DNA of 64,000 nt from Octopus vulgaris (Eukaryota). Position 1 is the stretch's first letter. Every line of letters begins with the position of its first letter. The DNA is taken from assembly GCA_951406725.2 (NCBI GenBank), contig OX597842.1:24180001-24244000 (forward strand). Direction: 5' to 3'. Both the position numbers and the translations under genes were made by a program. The notes beneath the pieces were generated by a model. That model searched no databases and had not been told where the DNA came from. It worked only from the letters and a program-made list of their open reading frames with translations. Positions 38,015 through 51,395 of the stretch are shown piece by piece.

Positions 38015-39918
38015 ATGAATAGTCTGGAGATGTTAAAAGAAAGAGAAAAGTTATCAGACCAATGTGATATCTGTAAAAAGACTTTTTCTAATAGAGCGAT
38101 TCTCACTCTTCACAAATGTATTGATCCAGGTGGAAAGAAATATTACTGTGATATTTGTGGTAATTCATTCTCTCAAAAAAGTCACCTTACTCATCACAAA
38201 TACACTCATACTGGAGAGAAACCATATCAATGTGATATCTGTGGTAAATTATTCTCTCATAGCAGTAGCCTTTATTGTCACAAATCCATTCATACTGGAG
38301 AGAAACCACATCAGTGTGATATCTGTGGTAAATCATTTTCTGAAAAAAGTCACCTTACTAGACACAAATACATTCATACAGGAGAGAAACGATATCACTG
38401 TGATATCTGTGATAAATCATTCTCTTACTTGAGCACTTTAAATTCTCATAAATCCATTCATACAGGAGAGAAACCATATCACTGTATTATCTGTGGTAAA
38501 TCATTCTGTCATAAAAGTCACCTTACTTCTCACAAATCCATTCATACAGGAGAGAAACCATATCACTGTGATATCTGTGATAAATCTTTTTCATCAAAAA
38601 GTCATTTAACTACTCACAAACTTACACATACAGGTGAGAAGCCAAATCACTGCGATATTTGTTGAAAATCATTCTCTCAAAAAAGTCACCTTACTTCTCA
38701 CAATTCCGTTCATACAGGTGAGAAACCATATCAGTGTGATATCTGTGATAAATCCTTTTCATCAAAAAGTTATTTAACTACTCACGAACTCACTCATGCT
38801 CATGAGAAACCATATCAGTGTGATATCTGTGATGAATCCTTTTCATCAAAAAGTCATTTAACTACTCACGAACTCACTCATGCTCATGAGAGGCCATATC
38901 CCTGTGATATTTGTGGTAAATCATTCACTCAAAGGAGAGGCCTTACTTATCACAAATCAGTTCATACAGGTGAGAAACCATATCAGTGCGATATCTGTGG
39001 TCAATCATTCTATCAAGACAGTGGCCTTACTTATCACAAATCTCTTCATAAAGAGGAGAAACCATTTCACTGCGATATTTGTGGTAAATCATTCACTCAG
39101 AAATATAGCCTCACTTCTCATATACCTATTCATACTGGAGAGAAACCATATCACTGCAATATGTGTGGTAAATCATACTCTCATAGGAGTAGCCTTACTT
39201 ATCACAAATCCATTCATACAGGAAAGAAACCATATCACTGTGATATCTGTGATAAATCTTTTTCATCAAAAAGTCATTTAACTACTCACAAACGTAGACA
39301 TACACGTGAGAAGCCACATCACTGCGATATTTGTGGTAAATCATTCTCTCAAAAATGTAACCTACTACTCACAAATCAGTTCATACAGGTGAGAAACCAT
39401 ATCAGTGTGATAAATCCTTTTCATTAAAAAGTTATTTAACTACTCACAAACTCATACATACTCATGAGAGGCCATATCCCTGTGATATTTGTGGTAAATC
39501 ATTCACTCGAAGGAGCGGCCTTACTTATCACAAATACATTCACACAGGGGAGAAACCATATAAATGTGATATTTGTGGTAAATCATTCACTCGGAAATGT
39601 AACCTCACTTCTCATTTACCTATTCATACTGGAGAGAAACCATATCACTGCGATATTTGTGGTAAATCATTCTCTCAAAAATGTAACCTTACTTCTCACA
39701 AATCAGTTCATACTGGAGAGAAACCATATCACTGCAATATCTGTGGTAAATCATTCTCTCATAGGAGTGGCCTTACTTATCACAAATCAGTTCATAAAGG
39801 AGAGAAACCATATCACTGTGATATCTGTGGTGTAGCATTCTCTGAAAAAAGTCGCCTTGCTTATCACAAATACACTCATACAGGAGACAATCCATATCCC
39901 TGTAATATATCTGTGTAA
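38015..39918 (+). pseudogene. C2H2 ZNF5, disrupted (216-aa ORF, 7 finger units, before a premature stop)
   Basis: TGT-TGA-AAA at 38663 (Gly to stop); fingers continue in frame to ~39360; 1-bp deletion ~39363, 9-bp deletion ~39408; final TAA at 39918. Intron 36927-37678. Confidence 0.8.
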
Positions 39919-40189
39919 ATCATTTTCTTCTAGAAGCAGTTTAACCTCTCATAGATACATTCACGCAGCAGAGAGACCATAGTCTTGCGATATCTGTGAT
40001 AAGTCATTGTTTAAAAAAATATTTAACTGATCACAAACACGTTCATACACACGAGAAACCATATCTGTGGTAAATCATTCTCTCAGAAGAGGTGCTTAAA
40101 TAGACACAAATGCATTAACACAGGGGACAAACCATAGCATTGTAGTATCTGCAGTAAATCATTCCGTTTAAGAAAATATTTAATTAATT

Positions 40190-42792
40190 AAATATTAAAC
40201 TTGTGCCGATTTGAACGAATCACAAGAAGTTTTTTTCTGTGACGTACGTATGACCATGTCAACACTCCTGCTTGGCGTTGTTTATCGTCCCCCAAATTAC
40301 CATCAGGACACACAGCTTTGCAACATCCTCCAAGCTGCAGCCAGGAAAACAGCCACTTATGTGTTTATTGCAGGCGATTTCAATCATCCTGAGATCGATT
40401 GGGAAACCTTCCGTTGGCCACAGAGTGCAAACGATTTTGTTGAGCTTGTGCTGGACTCAAACTGGTCACAAGTAGTCACCTCTCCAACAAGAGGCGACAA
40501 CACCTTGGACCTGCTCTTCACCACAACTCCTGAAGCGGTTATCAATTGCACTACGGAGGAACCTCTAGGTGACTCTGATCATGCTATGATCATCGCCAAT
40601 CTGGCTCTTGCGGGCAACAAACACCTGAACCATCTCCAATCTGCTTCCTTCGATTGGAAGAGAGCAGATTGGAACCTGTACCACACTGAACTACAGCACC
40701 CAAACTGGCGTGAATTCTACAACTCTGGAGATGTGAATACTATACTCCAGAGTATCCTGGACTCAATATGTGCAGCATCAGTGCCACGTAAACAAAAAAA
40801 GAAGAACCACCCCAAAAGGGCAATTTGGGAAACTTCAGCGGTCCGACTTGCCAGGAAGGAACGTCGGACTGCTGAACAGGAATACAAGTTGCATAAATCA
40901 GACACCAACAGGAAGAAGCGGAATAAATCCTCCAACCATCTCAAGCAAGTGACAAAAAATGCAGTGCTTGAATTTGAACAGTGCATAGCAGCCAATCCTG
41001 ACAGCAAGGTTTTCTGGAAATATGTGCATTCAAAGCAGAGACCTCACTCTCCAGTGGGCCCTCTTCGCAACCCTCACACGAACCAGATCACTGACGACCC
41101 CAAGGAATGCGCAGAACTCATTGCCGAGTGCTATGCAAACATATTCACTGTCGAAAGTCAAAATGTACCATCTTCACCATCACTAACAGCAAACTCCATA
41201 ACAACTATGGAATTTACACCTGCAATGCTGCGACGTCACCTTCAAAATAAGCGCAACTATGCCTCCCCTGGTCTCGATGGAGCTACATACCTGCTTCTCA
41301 AACGTGGCAGGCACTTCCTTTTACACCAGCTTTCTATTTTCTTCCAGTACTGTCTCAACAATGGTGCTACTCCGGAGCAGTGGAAAACTGCCAGTGTCAT
41401 TCCTCTGTTCAAAAAGGGTGACCGCACATCACCTGTCAACTATCGCCCAGTCAGTCTCACTAGCTGTATTGCAAAACTGATGGAATCGTGTGTCAGAGAA
41501 ACACTCTGGAACTTCTGGAGCTCTCACAGTCTCATCCGACCCTCACAATATGGATTTGTCCCTAACTCCAGCTGCAGTGACCAGCTTGTCGAGTTCCTTG
41601 AGGACATTACTCAGATCACTGACAGTGGTTCATGGGTGGATGTTGTCTACCTTGACTTTGCTAAGGCTTTCAACTCTGCCACACAAAAGGCTTATGGTGA
41701 AACTCTCTGCAATGGATGTGAGGGATGACGTTTTTAACTGGTTGAAATCCTTCATCCTCAGCCGAAAGGAGGTAGTCACAGTTCTAGGACAGCACTCTAC
41801 ACCATATGAGATGTCATCGGGTGTACCACAGGGATCTGTCCTTGGTCCCCTCCTGTTTGTGGCATACATTAATGACATAGATGCCAATTTAAAGAATGCC
41901 ACAGTATTGAAATATGCAGACGACATCAAGCTGTACCTTGAAATCAAGAGGACTGATCCTGATGTCTACAACTCTTTCCTGCAATCAGACCTAGACACAA
42001 TGCAGCAATGGATCACAGACTGGCAACTGAAATTGGCTGTGGACAAGTGTACCACCATGCATTTTGGGAGAAAAAACCTGCGTCCACATACTCCCTCCAC
42101 AACACTGATATCAAGAAATCCTCTTGCGAGCGTGACCTAGGCATCACTGTCAGCAGTGATTTGCGTTGGACAAAGCATATCTCTAAAATTGTCAAGAAGG
42201 CCGAGGGTGTCTTGGCATCACTCAGCAAGACTTTTGTTAGCCGCTCTCCAGCCATCTATTTAAAACTGTATACAGCTATGGTACGACCACACTTGGAATT
42301 CGCATCATCAGTTTGGAATCCCTATCTTGCTCAGAACATTGACCTGGAATCTGTCCAGAGACGTGCAACCAAACACATACCCTCCATCAGACACCTACCA
42401 TATTCTGAGCGCCTTGTTTCCCTGGGCATGGATTCACTGAAGCTCCGGCGTCTGGCGACGGACTTGGTTAACACCCACAAGGTTATCAACCACCTCACCA
42501 ACAACAACACTGAACACATTTTTGATCTCCATGTGTCTAACACACGTGGACATGCCTACAAAGTCAGAAAACAGCACAGCTCCCATGACTTTCGGAAACA
42601 TTTTTTCACGCTCAGGGTTGCTGAAGCGTGGAATAAACTGCCTGCATCAGTTGTTGACTGCCATGACACTGCATCCTTTAAGGCCCTTATGCTTCCCGAA
42701 ATCCGTCGAAACTACACCTGATTATATATACACTTTAGATGAGTTGCAGTGCACCTGAGCACTGTACACAATTATTATTATTATTATTATTA
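40190..42792 (+). mobile_element. 5'-truncated CR1-group LINE (APE endonuclease + RT, two frameshifts)
   Basis: GDFNHPEIDW, LGDSDH, NYRPVSLTS, YLDFAKAF, GVPQGSVLGP, YADD; (ATT)n tail; empty site at ~55180 (aattaatta|caag). Confidence 0.93.
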
Positions 42793-43680
42793 CAAGTCTG
42801 CTCATACTGGACAGAAACTATGTGACTGTGATGTCTGCAGCAAATCATTCTCTCAGGAATATGCTGTATATACTTATAAACGTATTCATACAGGAGAGAA
42901 ACTCTACTGCTGTGATACCTGAGGTAAATCATTCTCTGTGGAACAATATTGAACTCATCACAAATACATTCATACAGGAGAGAAATCATATCACTGTGAC
43001 ATCTGTGACAAGTCATTCTTTCATAGAGAGAAATAATAAACTAAACACAAACATATTCATACAAGAGAAGATTCTGATGACTGTGTAATCTGTGCTAAAT
43101 CATTCTCTCAATAATCTACCTTAACTAAACATATACTTATTCATATTGATCAATAACAATATCAATGATGTCCTGCTGAATAAAATACAGCAAATGTATT
43201 GCTTTTTACAAAATAAATTCATTTTTCACATTTTCCTCATTTGCATCAACTCACTAATTACGATTTGTGTTTTTTATTCAAACAATATTGATTATATTAA
43301 TTTGCTCTGTTTTCTTGTGGATATATTATTTTGACACAAATGTATTACACTCCAGTTCCCAGCCGTGATCAGTTATCCTCTGCTGGACACACTCAGGGAT
43401 CCCAGGATCTGCACCCTTTGTGCTACTGCCCACATATTCTGGCACTAGCTGGAGGCTTATTGCTGTTTGTCACAGTTTTGGGTGTAGAGTGGGAAATATT
43501 TTTCAAAAGCCTAATGCCCCACTCTACCTATGGTTCAAGCACATCCCCGCTCAACCCATGCAAGTGATTATCATCATACTTATTTTTTGCTAAATCATTC
43601 TGTAGAGCAGGTTTTCATGGTCTTGTTCTTACCAGACACCAAGCAGGGATTTATGATGGGCATCTGGTTAGAATGGCACC

Positions 43681-45260
43681 TGTTGTGATGAGAGTTACCA
43701 TGTCCTCTTGTGAGAGATAGATTGGTCCGAGTAAAGTATAAATAGTAACGATCTGAGTGAGTTTGCGGTTCAGAGTCAAGTGAAGTCGGAAGGTGTCGCT
43801 TGGTTTACTTCCTAAGGAATATTGAATGTTGGTTCTTAAAAGATTTGTTAGTTCATTAGATTGTTGTTACAATTTTCTGGTTATCTTATTTATTGGACGG
43901 AACAATTATGTTACAACATCTGGCGATGAGGGTTTCGAAGCTCTTGCAGGTCAGTTAACAAATTTTTGTGATACAAAATTGTTAAATCATGGAAGACTAA
44001 TTAGCTTCTATAAAACTGTTGCAAAATCAACGACAAAGGCAGCAACAACAACAATTATTGGAACTTTATTCAAAGAAGTCTAAAAATAAGGGAAGTACAT
44101 TTTTGCCAGACGACGTTTTGGACTCTATGAATTCAGTTATAACCCAGAGGACGGTATAACTGTTGCATTGTACTACAGCAGGTAATTTTTAAGGAAGATT
44201 GTAAGACATGGTCAGACACAGAAAAAGTAAGGTTATTATGACATAAATGAGCCCCATCTGAGTATGAACATTATTTTAATTTCATATTACCCAAAAAAAA
44301 TGAAATTTGTTTTAAAGAAACAATAGAATTACTGTCTAACATATTCGGTGATAAAACTTCTCTAACACTTGGATGGTGTTTTGGAATATAATGAAAAAAG
44401 AGGATGGTGATTTTATCACAAACGCAGGAACAATTAACAGAATGTGTGAATATTTTTAAACTCAAAGAATTTACACCTGAGATGTTCAGGTGTCTTCTTT
44501 TGGTACAAGGCCTTACAACAAATGAATATACAGAAATTCACACTGCAGAACTAAATTCTGAAGATCACCCATTAAAGATCCTAGAGGGCTCTCAACAGAA
44601 ACAAAATTCGACTCCCAAATGAGAAAATTTGTACACGTAAAAATGATTGGAATACATATTAAACTTCAGTTCGATACTGGAAGTGATATTTCAATAATAA
44701 ATATGGATACATGAAAGAAAATAGGGGAACCTATCTATTTTACATGTTTCACATTTGACAGTGGCCATGCTGGAGCAGTGCCTTTAGTCGAGCAAATAAA
44801 CCCCAGGACTTATTCTTTGTAAGCCTAGTACTTATTCTATTTTTCTCTTTTGCCAAACTGCTATGTGACAGGGGTGTAAACACACCAGCATCGGTTGTCA
44901 AGCAATGTTGGGGGGACAAACACAGACACACAAGCATACATATATATGATAGGCTTCTTTCAGTTTCCGTCTACCAAATCCACTCACAAGGCTTTGGTCG
45001 ACCCGAAGCTATAGTAGAAGACATTGAACCAATGTGCCACATTGTGGGACTGAACCCGGAACCTTATGGTTCATAAGCAAGCTACTTTCCACACAGCCAC
45101 TCCTTCGCCTATGTTGATAAAAACAGCAAAATTTCTTTGTAGCATGACAGGTGACAAATTAAATTTCATAGGCGAAATGTGGGGATATGTCACATTTCAA
45201 GTGAAAGCATGCAAGGAGAATGTCTTCATCATTAAAAATGTTGATTATCTGTTTGGTACC
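43681..45260 (+). mobile_element. Degenerate Gypsy element: LTR 43681-43918, PBS, gag and protease relic
   Basis: PBS TGGCGATGAG; FRCLLLVQGL gag-like; IKLQFDTGSDISII aspartic protease motif; interrupted by SINE A. Confidence 0.8.
44735..45110 (-). mobile_element. SINE family A
   Basis: Reverse copy inside the Gypsy protease. Confidence 0.85.
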
Positions 45261-45424
45261 TTTTTTTTTTTCTTGTTTCAGCTCACAGCTGTGGCCATGC
45301 AGATGCACCGCCGTTTTGTGCTACAATGTTATTACGAAGAACCACCCCCAATATGTGGCACTTGGTGAAGAATGGAGTTTGATATAGCTACTCTCATTTG
45401 CACCTCTTGCCGTGAGGTAGGTTC

Positions 45425-45715
45425 ATCTGGGTTGGATGGTTCAACTGGGGTCTGGGAAGCCAGAAGGCTGCATCAGGCCCAGTCTGATCTGGCAGTGTTT
45501 CTACGGCTGGATGCCCTTCCTAACGCCAACCACTCCGAGAGTGTAGTGTGTGATTTTTATGTGCCAGATGAGGCTGGCAAATGGCCATGATCGGATGGTG
45601 CTTTTTACGTGCCACCTGCACAGGTGCCAGACGAGGCTGGCAAACATCCACGATCAGATGGTGCTTTTTACGTGCCACCGGCACAAGGGGCCAGAGGAGG
45701 CTGGCAAACGGCCAT
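45425..45715 (-). mobile_element. SINE family C
   Basis: Core and internal repeats. Confidence 0.75.
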
Positions 45716-45984
45716 CTAAACATTTAATACCTTGCGTTTTGTAAATCAAATAATATCAACAAATTATAAAACAAACGCAAAACAAGAAGAATTTTTGCAG
45801 AACAGACGTTATTTTAATGAAATATATCTTGTAATCAGCTGAAAAGATACATCTACACTGTTGGCTACTCATAAAGCAACTCTTCAATATTCTACTCATA
45901 AAGGATCGAAGCAAGATATGTCGAAACAATTGTAGTGATCAATAAATATTCTTGTATCTTCCATTAATTATATCATCATCATCA

Positions 45985-46205
45985 TCTATTTCTTTGCTGC
46001 CCACAAGGGGCTAAACATAGAGGGGACAAACAAGGACAGACAAAGGGATTAAGTCGATTACATCGACCCCAGTGCGAAACTGGTACTTTATTTATCGACC
46101 GCAAAAGGATGACAGGCAAAGTCGACCTTGGCGGAATTTGAACTGAGAACGCAACGACAGACGAAATACTGCAAAGCATTTCGTCCGGCCTGCTAACGTT
46201 TCTGC
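45985..46205 (-). mobile_element. SINE family B
   Basis: Family B sequence. Confidence 0.85.
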
Positions 46206-46206
46206 G

Positions 46207-46725
46207 TCATCATCATCGTTTAATGTCTGCTTTCCTTGATGGCATGGGTTGGACGGTTTGACCGGCGTCTGGGAAGCCAGATGGCTGCACCAGGCTCCAG
46301 TCTGATCTGGCAGTGTTTCTACAGCTGGATGCCTTTTTTTACATGCCGAGCAGGGCCATCTCCCTGACAGGATCTGTCTATGGTCTTTGCTAAATTTACT
46401 GTATGGTTTTTCAATCCAGATCTTGCTTCCATACCTGAAATACCTGAAGAGATCCCAAGGGCAGCCAATCTTAAATTCCTTCCTAATGCCAACCACTCCG
46501 TGAGTGTAGTGGGTGCATTTTACATGCCACCAGCACAGGTGCAAGGCAAGGCTGGCAACGGCTATGATCGGTTGGTGCTTTTCACCAGCATGGAAGCCAG
46601 TCAAGGTGGTGCTGGCATCAGCCATGTTCGGATGGTGCTTTTTACTTGCCACCGGCACAGGTATCACAACTACAATTTCCATTTGATTTTTTGATGTTAA
46701 TGTACTTGACTCAATAGGTCTCCTC
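46207..46725 (-). mobile_element. SINE family C interrupted by an RTE piece (46335-46472)
   Basis: C core split at GGATGCC|TTCCTAATGCC by an inverted homolog of 47455-47630. Confidence 0.7.
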
Positions 46726-46729
46726 AAAT

Positions 46730-47680
46730 ATCAATGTAAGTTCCATGGATCAAGGTGTAGAATTGTATCAAGTAGAAGCACCAGCGATGCTATCTTCCTG
46801 GTGAGGCAAAAGCAGAAGTACTTGGTCAAAGATATATCTTTGCATTTGGATTTTGTTGACATGGAGAAAGCTTTTGACAGAGTCCCCTACTCCATTATTT
46901 GGTGAGCAATAGAGAAGCTAAGTTAAGTTAACTTTTTGGCTCAAAAAGCAAAAAGCAAGGCCATGTAGGGGGACATGGAGTCATGTACAGGGAGGGTGGT
47001 CATACAGAGTTCAGCCATTTGTGGTCAAGAGGGACTTTGAACCGAGTGGTCGTCGGCATCTTCACTATCTCATCTGGCAGCTTATTCCACGGATCCGCAA
47101 CCCGGACTGAGAAAGCCCCTCTCCTTTGATTGAGATGAAATTGTCACAGATAGAGCTTTTCGGAGTGACCCTGCAGCCGACGCTCTGGAGCAGGATTGAA
47201 GAACAGCTCTTTCGAGAGGTTACACTTCCTGCTTATGATGTTGTGAGCAAGAATGAGATCACCACAGCATCGTCGTTTAGGGAGAGATGAGTGGTTGGTG
47301 AGACATGCAAAAGCCATGTATAGGGATGCTGTCAGTAAGGTAAATGTCACCAATGAGTATAGCATGAATTTTAGTGTAAAAATAGGAGTCCACCAAGGAT
47401 CGTTTTTCACCCCACTCTTCTTTATCATAGTCCTGCAAGCAATAACAGGAATTTAAGATCGGCTGCCCTTAGGATCTCTTCCAAGCTGATGACCTTCTTA
47501 TTACTGAATCCCTACCAAAATTAGAGAAGAAATTTCAGGTATGGAAGCAAGATCTGGATTGAAAAACCATTCAGTAAATTTAGCAAAGACCAAAGACAGG
47601 GAGATGGCCCTATTAGGCATGTAGAAAAGATGTCAGGAGAAACTCCATGTAGTGTACCCAGTACAAGCAATGGACACATA
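46730..47680 (+). mobile_element. RTE RT fragment with nested CR1 3' end (46921-47278, -)
   Basis: STSDAIFLVRQ, FVDMEKAFDRVP, GVHQGS; the nested piece is homologous to 57850-58220. Confidence 0.8.
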
Positions 47681-47689
47681 TTGTTCATT

Positions 47690-48822
47690 AGATTATAGGC
47701 TGCAGATCGTGGGATAGCCTAAGCATGTCCAGCAGAGAACAACTGATCATCGTTGGGAACTGAAATGTGATACAATGGTGTCGAAATAATATATCCACAA
47801 GAAAACAGCAAATTAATGTAATTAAAATTGTTTGATTGAAAGCCACACACATCATAATTAATGAGTTGATGCAAATGAGGAAAATGTAAAAAATTTATTT
47901 GTCTCAAAAAAAGTAATACAATTGCTGTATTTCATTCCCCATTTTATCACTGGTATTGTTATTGATCAATATGAATAAATACAGGTTTAGTTAAATTACA
48001 TTAAGAGAATGATTTTGCACAGATAACACAGCAAGATGTCTTTTCTCCTGTATGAATGCATTTAAAATTAGTTAAACAACATAATCCAAAGAGAATGATT
48101 TACTACAGATATCAAAACCAAAAATCAAAATCATAATTGATCAACATCAATGGAATTTGTAGCCGTGATACCAGTGCTGGTGGCACATAAGAGAACCATC
48201 CGAACGTGGACGTTTGCGAGCCTCGTCTGGCACCTTTGCCGGTGGCACGTAAAAAGCACCCACTACAATCACGGAGTGGTTGGCGTTAAGAAGGGCATCC
48301 AGCTGTAGAAACACTGCCAGATCAGACTGGGCCTGGTGCAGCCTTCTGGCTTTCTACACCCCAGTTGAACCGTCCAACCCATGCTAGCATGGAAAGCGAA
48401 TGCTAAACGATGATGATGATGATCACAGTGATACAATATCTCCCCAATCTAAGTGGATTTGTGATAAAAATATTTTCTTACGCAGAATGATTTACTGCAG
48501 ATATTACTGTGCTATGCTTTCTCTCCTGTATGAATGTATTTGTAATTAGTTAAATATTGTTCCACAGAGAATGATTTACCACACCTCTTACAGTGAAAGG
48601 GCTTCTCTCTTGTATGAATACATTTATGAGTATATATAGCACATTCCCAAGAGAATGATTTACCACATATATCACAGTGACATAGTTTGTCTCCTTTATG
48701 AATAGACTTAGAATGATTTACTGCAGATATCACAGTGCTATGATTTCTCTCCTGTATGAATGTATTTGTGATTAGTTAAATATTGTTCCACAGAGAATGA
48801 TTTACAACACTTCTTACAGTGG
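47690..48822 (-). pseudogene. 3' remnant of a seventh ZNF gene (contains SINE C 48115-48423)
   Basis: Degenerate fingers plus the conserved 3'-UTR block; 5' part missing. Confidence 0.75.
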
Positions 48823-48834
48823 CTTCCTCGTCTC

Positions 48835-50680
48835 TGATTTTTTTATTACCCACAAGGGGCGATGCAGAGGGGACATTACAAAACATTGGGGACATAGAAC
48901 ATTATAATTAATAATATGAAAAATGAATTTTAAATGAAAAAATGGTAATATGAAAGCGATGCTAACGGCCCCATCCGCCAGCATCACTTACCTGTCCTTC
49001 ACAACCCTTCGTCACCTATCATCTCCAATCAAAAGCCCCTCCTTTCCTAATACTATCTCAAATATCTCTTCACACTCTTTTATCTTCTCATCCGAAAATT
49101 CCACCTCAATCGCTTCTACACCCTTTTTTTCCGACAAAATCTTCCTTGCGTCCATTATTTCACCTTTCATCGCCATGTAACTTCCATCTTCTCCCTCATA
49201 CCATGATTTTTCACCAAAGATACTTGTCGGCTTCACATTGTCTTCCTTTTTTATAAAACATAAAGTATGGGGCTTGGGCTCTTGTATCATCTGTGTGTCT
49301 GCGTTTTTAGGTTTTCTTGTAGGTGGGGAATGGGTGGGCTCTTTGTTTGCAGGGGAAGGATGGGGCTCAGAGGGTGCGGGTGGTGTTGGGGTGGATTGGG
49401 ATTCAATAAAGTTCACTTTCTTTCTTTTTCTTTTTTTCCGTACGTCTTCCCACTCAGTTTGGATTTCCTTCTCCTCCTCAGGTTCTTCCGCTTCAACTTT
49501 TTCCGGCTCCGTTTCCTCCTCTTCCTGGATCACTGTTTCTTTTTGTGGGGGAGGGCAGTAGGCTCTTATGTGACCCCTCAGGCCACACTTATAGCACCTG
49601 GGCGCCCTGCCCTCCACCCACACTCTCATGATCACGTCTCCCAATCTGATGTTTTCTGTTAGGTCCACCAGTACATCGTTCTCTGCCTGCACATTTAGTT
49701 CCACTGTCACGCCTCTCCAGCCCTCGGTCTTAACCGAGGCATGGAGGATGTCCACTTCATCCTCGTGGCCGCTAATTATAGCCGCCACAATCCACTCGGC
49801 TTCAACGTTTGGGGCTATTCCCTCGACCCTTACTCTTGTGATTTTTCTATTTAAATACGTAGGCAAAAGTATTACCTTCTCGGATTTCACCGCCTTCGCC
49901 GCCATCTTCCTTGCTGCCTTCTTACTTTTGAACTGTACTACTACAGTACCATATTTTGAACCTCTCGACAGAAATTCGATTTCCTCTTCCGTTCTTCTTA
50001 GCGCCTCATTTATCCACTCCATATTCACCACTTCTATATTTTTCGTTCCGCTTGCGAATACCCTGTATATGATGGTCCTTTTCTCCAACCATTCATTTCT
50101 CTTTGGTGGTGGCGTTAGTTCCACCTCACCGCTGTCCTTCCTCATATACCTCTGGAAAACTGGCAATTTTTCTAGGTTTATTTCCTTTTCCTGTGCCGTT
50201 TTCTTTTTTGCAACTCCTGCGTACGTTTTCCTGTTTTTTATCTCCACATTATTTACATCACCGATTTGCTCGTCTTCAGAGGTCGATGTCTCCGACAAGT
50301 TCTCAAATATCCATTCTTCCTCCGACTCCTCCACTAGGGAGTGGTCGTCCATCTCCCTCCGTCTGACAAACCGAAAACGGCCGCCCGAACAGAAACAGTG
50401 CAACGCGTAGAACCAGTGTAACGCGAAACCGCATCAACAAACGCACAAAATTCCACAACAACAATTTTCCCAATCACTTTTTTTTCTTTTTTACCAAATT
50501 TCACGAGCGTAAAAAAAACACAACCGACGTCAACGTGCGATTTCTCATCTCTGCTCGAACTGTCCCTTCGTCGATGACCACACGTGCGTCCTGCTTGACC
50601 TCTTCCGCCTCCTGCGACGCATGGGTTAGGCTTACACCGTAAACGGGTGGTGTGCGTATTCTTTACCCCCGCCCTCTTCC
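48835..50680 (-). mobile_element. ORF1-only non-autonomous non-LTR element (HAL1-like)
   Basis: GC-rich 5' leader, ORF1, short 3'-UTR ending GCCCCTTGTGGGTAATAAAAAAA; no ORF2; 5' boundary approximate. Confidence 0.65.
49012..50352 (-). CDS. Gag-like ORF1 of L1/Tx1-type retroelement (446 aa, CCHC zinc knuckle)
   Basis: Intact ORF; TYAGVAKK, RRM-like region, APRCYKCGLRGHIRAYCP, WEDVRKKRKRKK. Confidence 0.8.
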   Translation of the reverse strand: MDDHSLVEESEEEWIFENLSETSTSEDEQIGDVNNVEIKNRKTYAGVAKKKTAQEKEINLEKLPVFQRYMRKDSGEVELTPPPKRNEWLEKRTIIYRVFASGTKNIEVVNMEWINEALRRTEEEIEFLSRGSKYGTVVVQFKSKKAARKMAAKAVKSEKVILLPTYLNRKITRVRVEGIAPNVEAEWIVAAIISGHEDEVDILHASVKTEGWRGVTVELNVQAENDVLVDLTENIRLGDVIMRVWVEGRAPRCYKCGLRGHIRAYCPPPQKETVIQEEEETEPEKVEAEEPEEEKEIQTEWEDVRKKRKRKKVNFIESQSTPTPPAPSEPHPSPANKEPTHSPPTRKPKNADTQMIQEPKPHTLCFIKKEDNVKPTSIFGEKSWYEGEDGSYMAMKGEIMDARKILSEKKGVEAIEVEFSDEKIKECEEIFEIVLGKEGLLIGDDR

Positions 50681-51009
50681 ATTGCACAACTAAGTTACTG
50701 GAATATAAACAAACCAAAAATGGTTTTCGAACACTGATGCATGCATGTTTCCCCCTATCCTCATCCAACATCACTCTGCTAAGCTGGATTCGTTTCTTTC
50801 CGTCCCTGTAACTTACGGGTTCGACGACAGAACAGCGTAAAAGTAGCAATCGACTGGAAAATAAGCTTTAGTTTTGTATCTTTTGCCATCATTTGGATTT
50901 TTTCTTACAATTCAAAATTTTAAGTAGTAATTATAGCAATAATAAAACATTAAAAATTTACCAACTCAGTTTTATCATCCGACAAATGTGTAGTAATACG
51001 AGGTATACA

Positions 51010-51160
51010 ACATCAGGATTTTTTAGTTCGTTTCGTTGACTTTCCATGCCGACTTTTAAAGTGTCTTTAAACTATATTCCCATTAATTGCTCTTTTGTGT
51101 AATTAACATTAATTCACATTAATCTAATTATCGTAACATATGATCTATTTATCAAAACAG
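51010..51160 (+). promoter_or_regulatory. Promoter/exon 1 of ZNF6
   Basis: TTAGTTCGTTTCGTTGAC motif; donor CAG|GTAAG at 51160/51161. Confidence 0.6.
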
Positions 51161-51276
51161 GTAAGATGTAATATATATTTTATTTTTTAGCAGAAGCCGA
51201 TTAACCTGGCTAATTCGAAACTCCAAACAAAAGTAAAAAGTTTTAAAAGTTGCTAGTTTGACATTGATGTTAATTC

Positions 51277-51395
51277 GGTTAAACTAAAGGAAATTTAGAA
51301 GCCATCCATGGCCAACCACACTGGGTTGTTTTACACCTATTACACACATTTTTTTTTTTTTGTTTCTTTGAATGGTGTAACGCTTTAGTTTAACC
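51277..51395. mobile_element. Short GGTTAAACTAAAG MITE
   Basis: Both TIRs present, internally deleted. Confidence 0.75.

Noticed and set aside
49238-50410. Plus-strand ORFs opposite the gag-like ORF
   Set aside because: Antisense shadows of a purine-rich coding strand.
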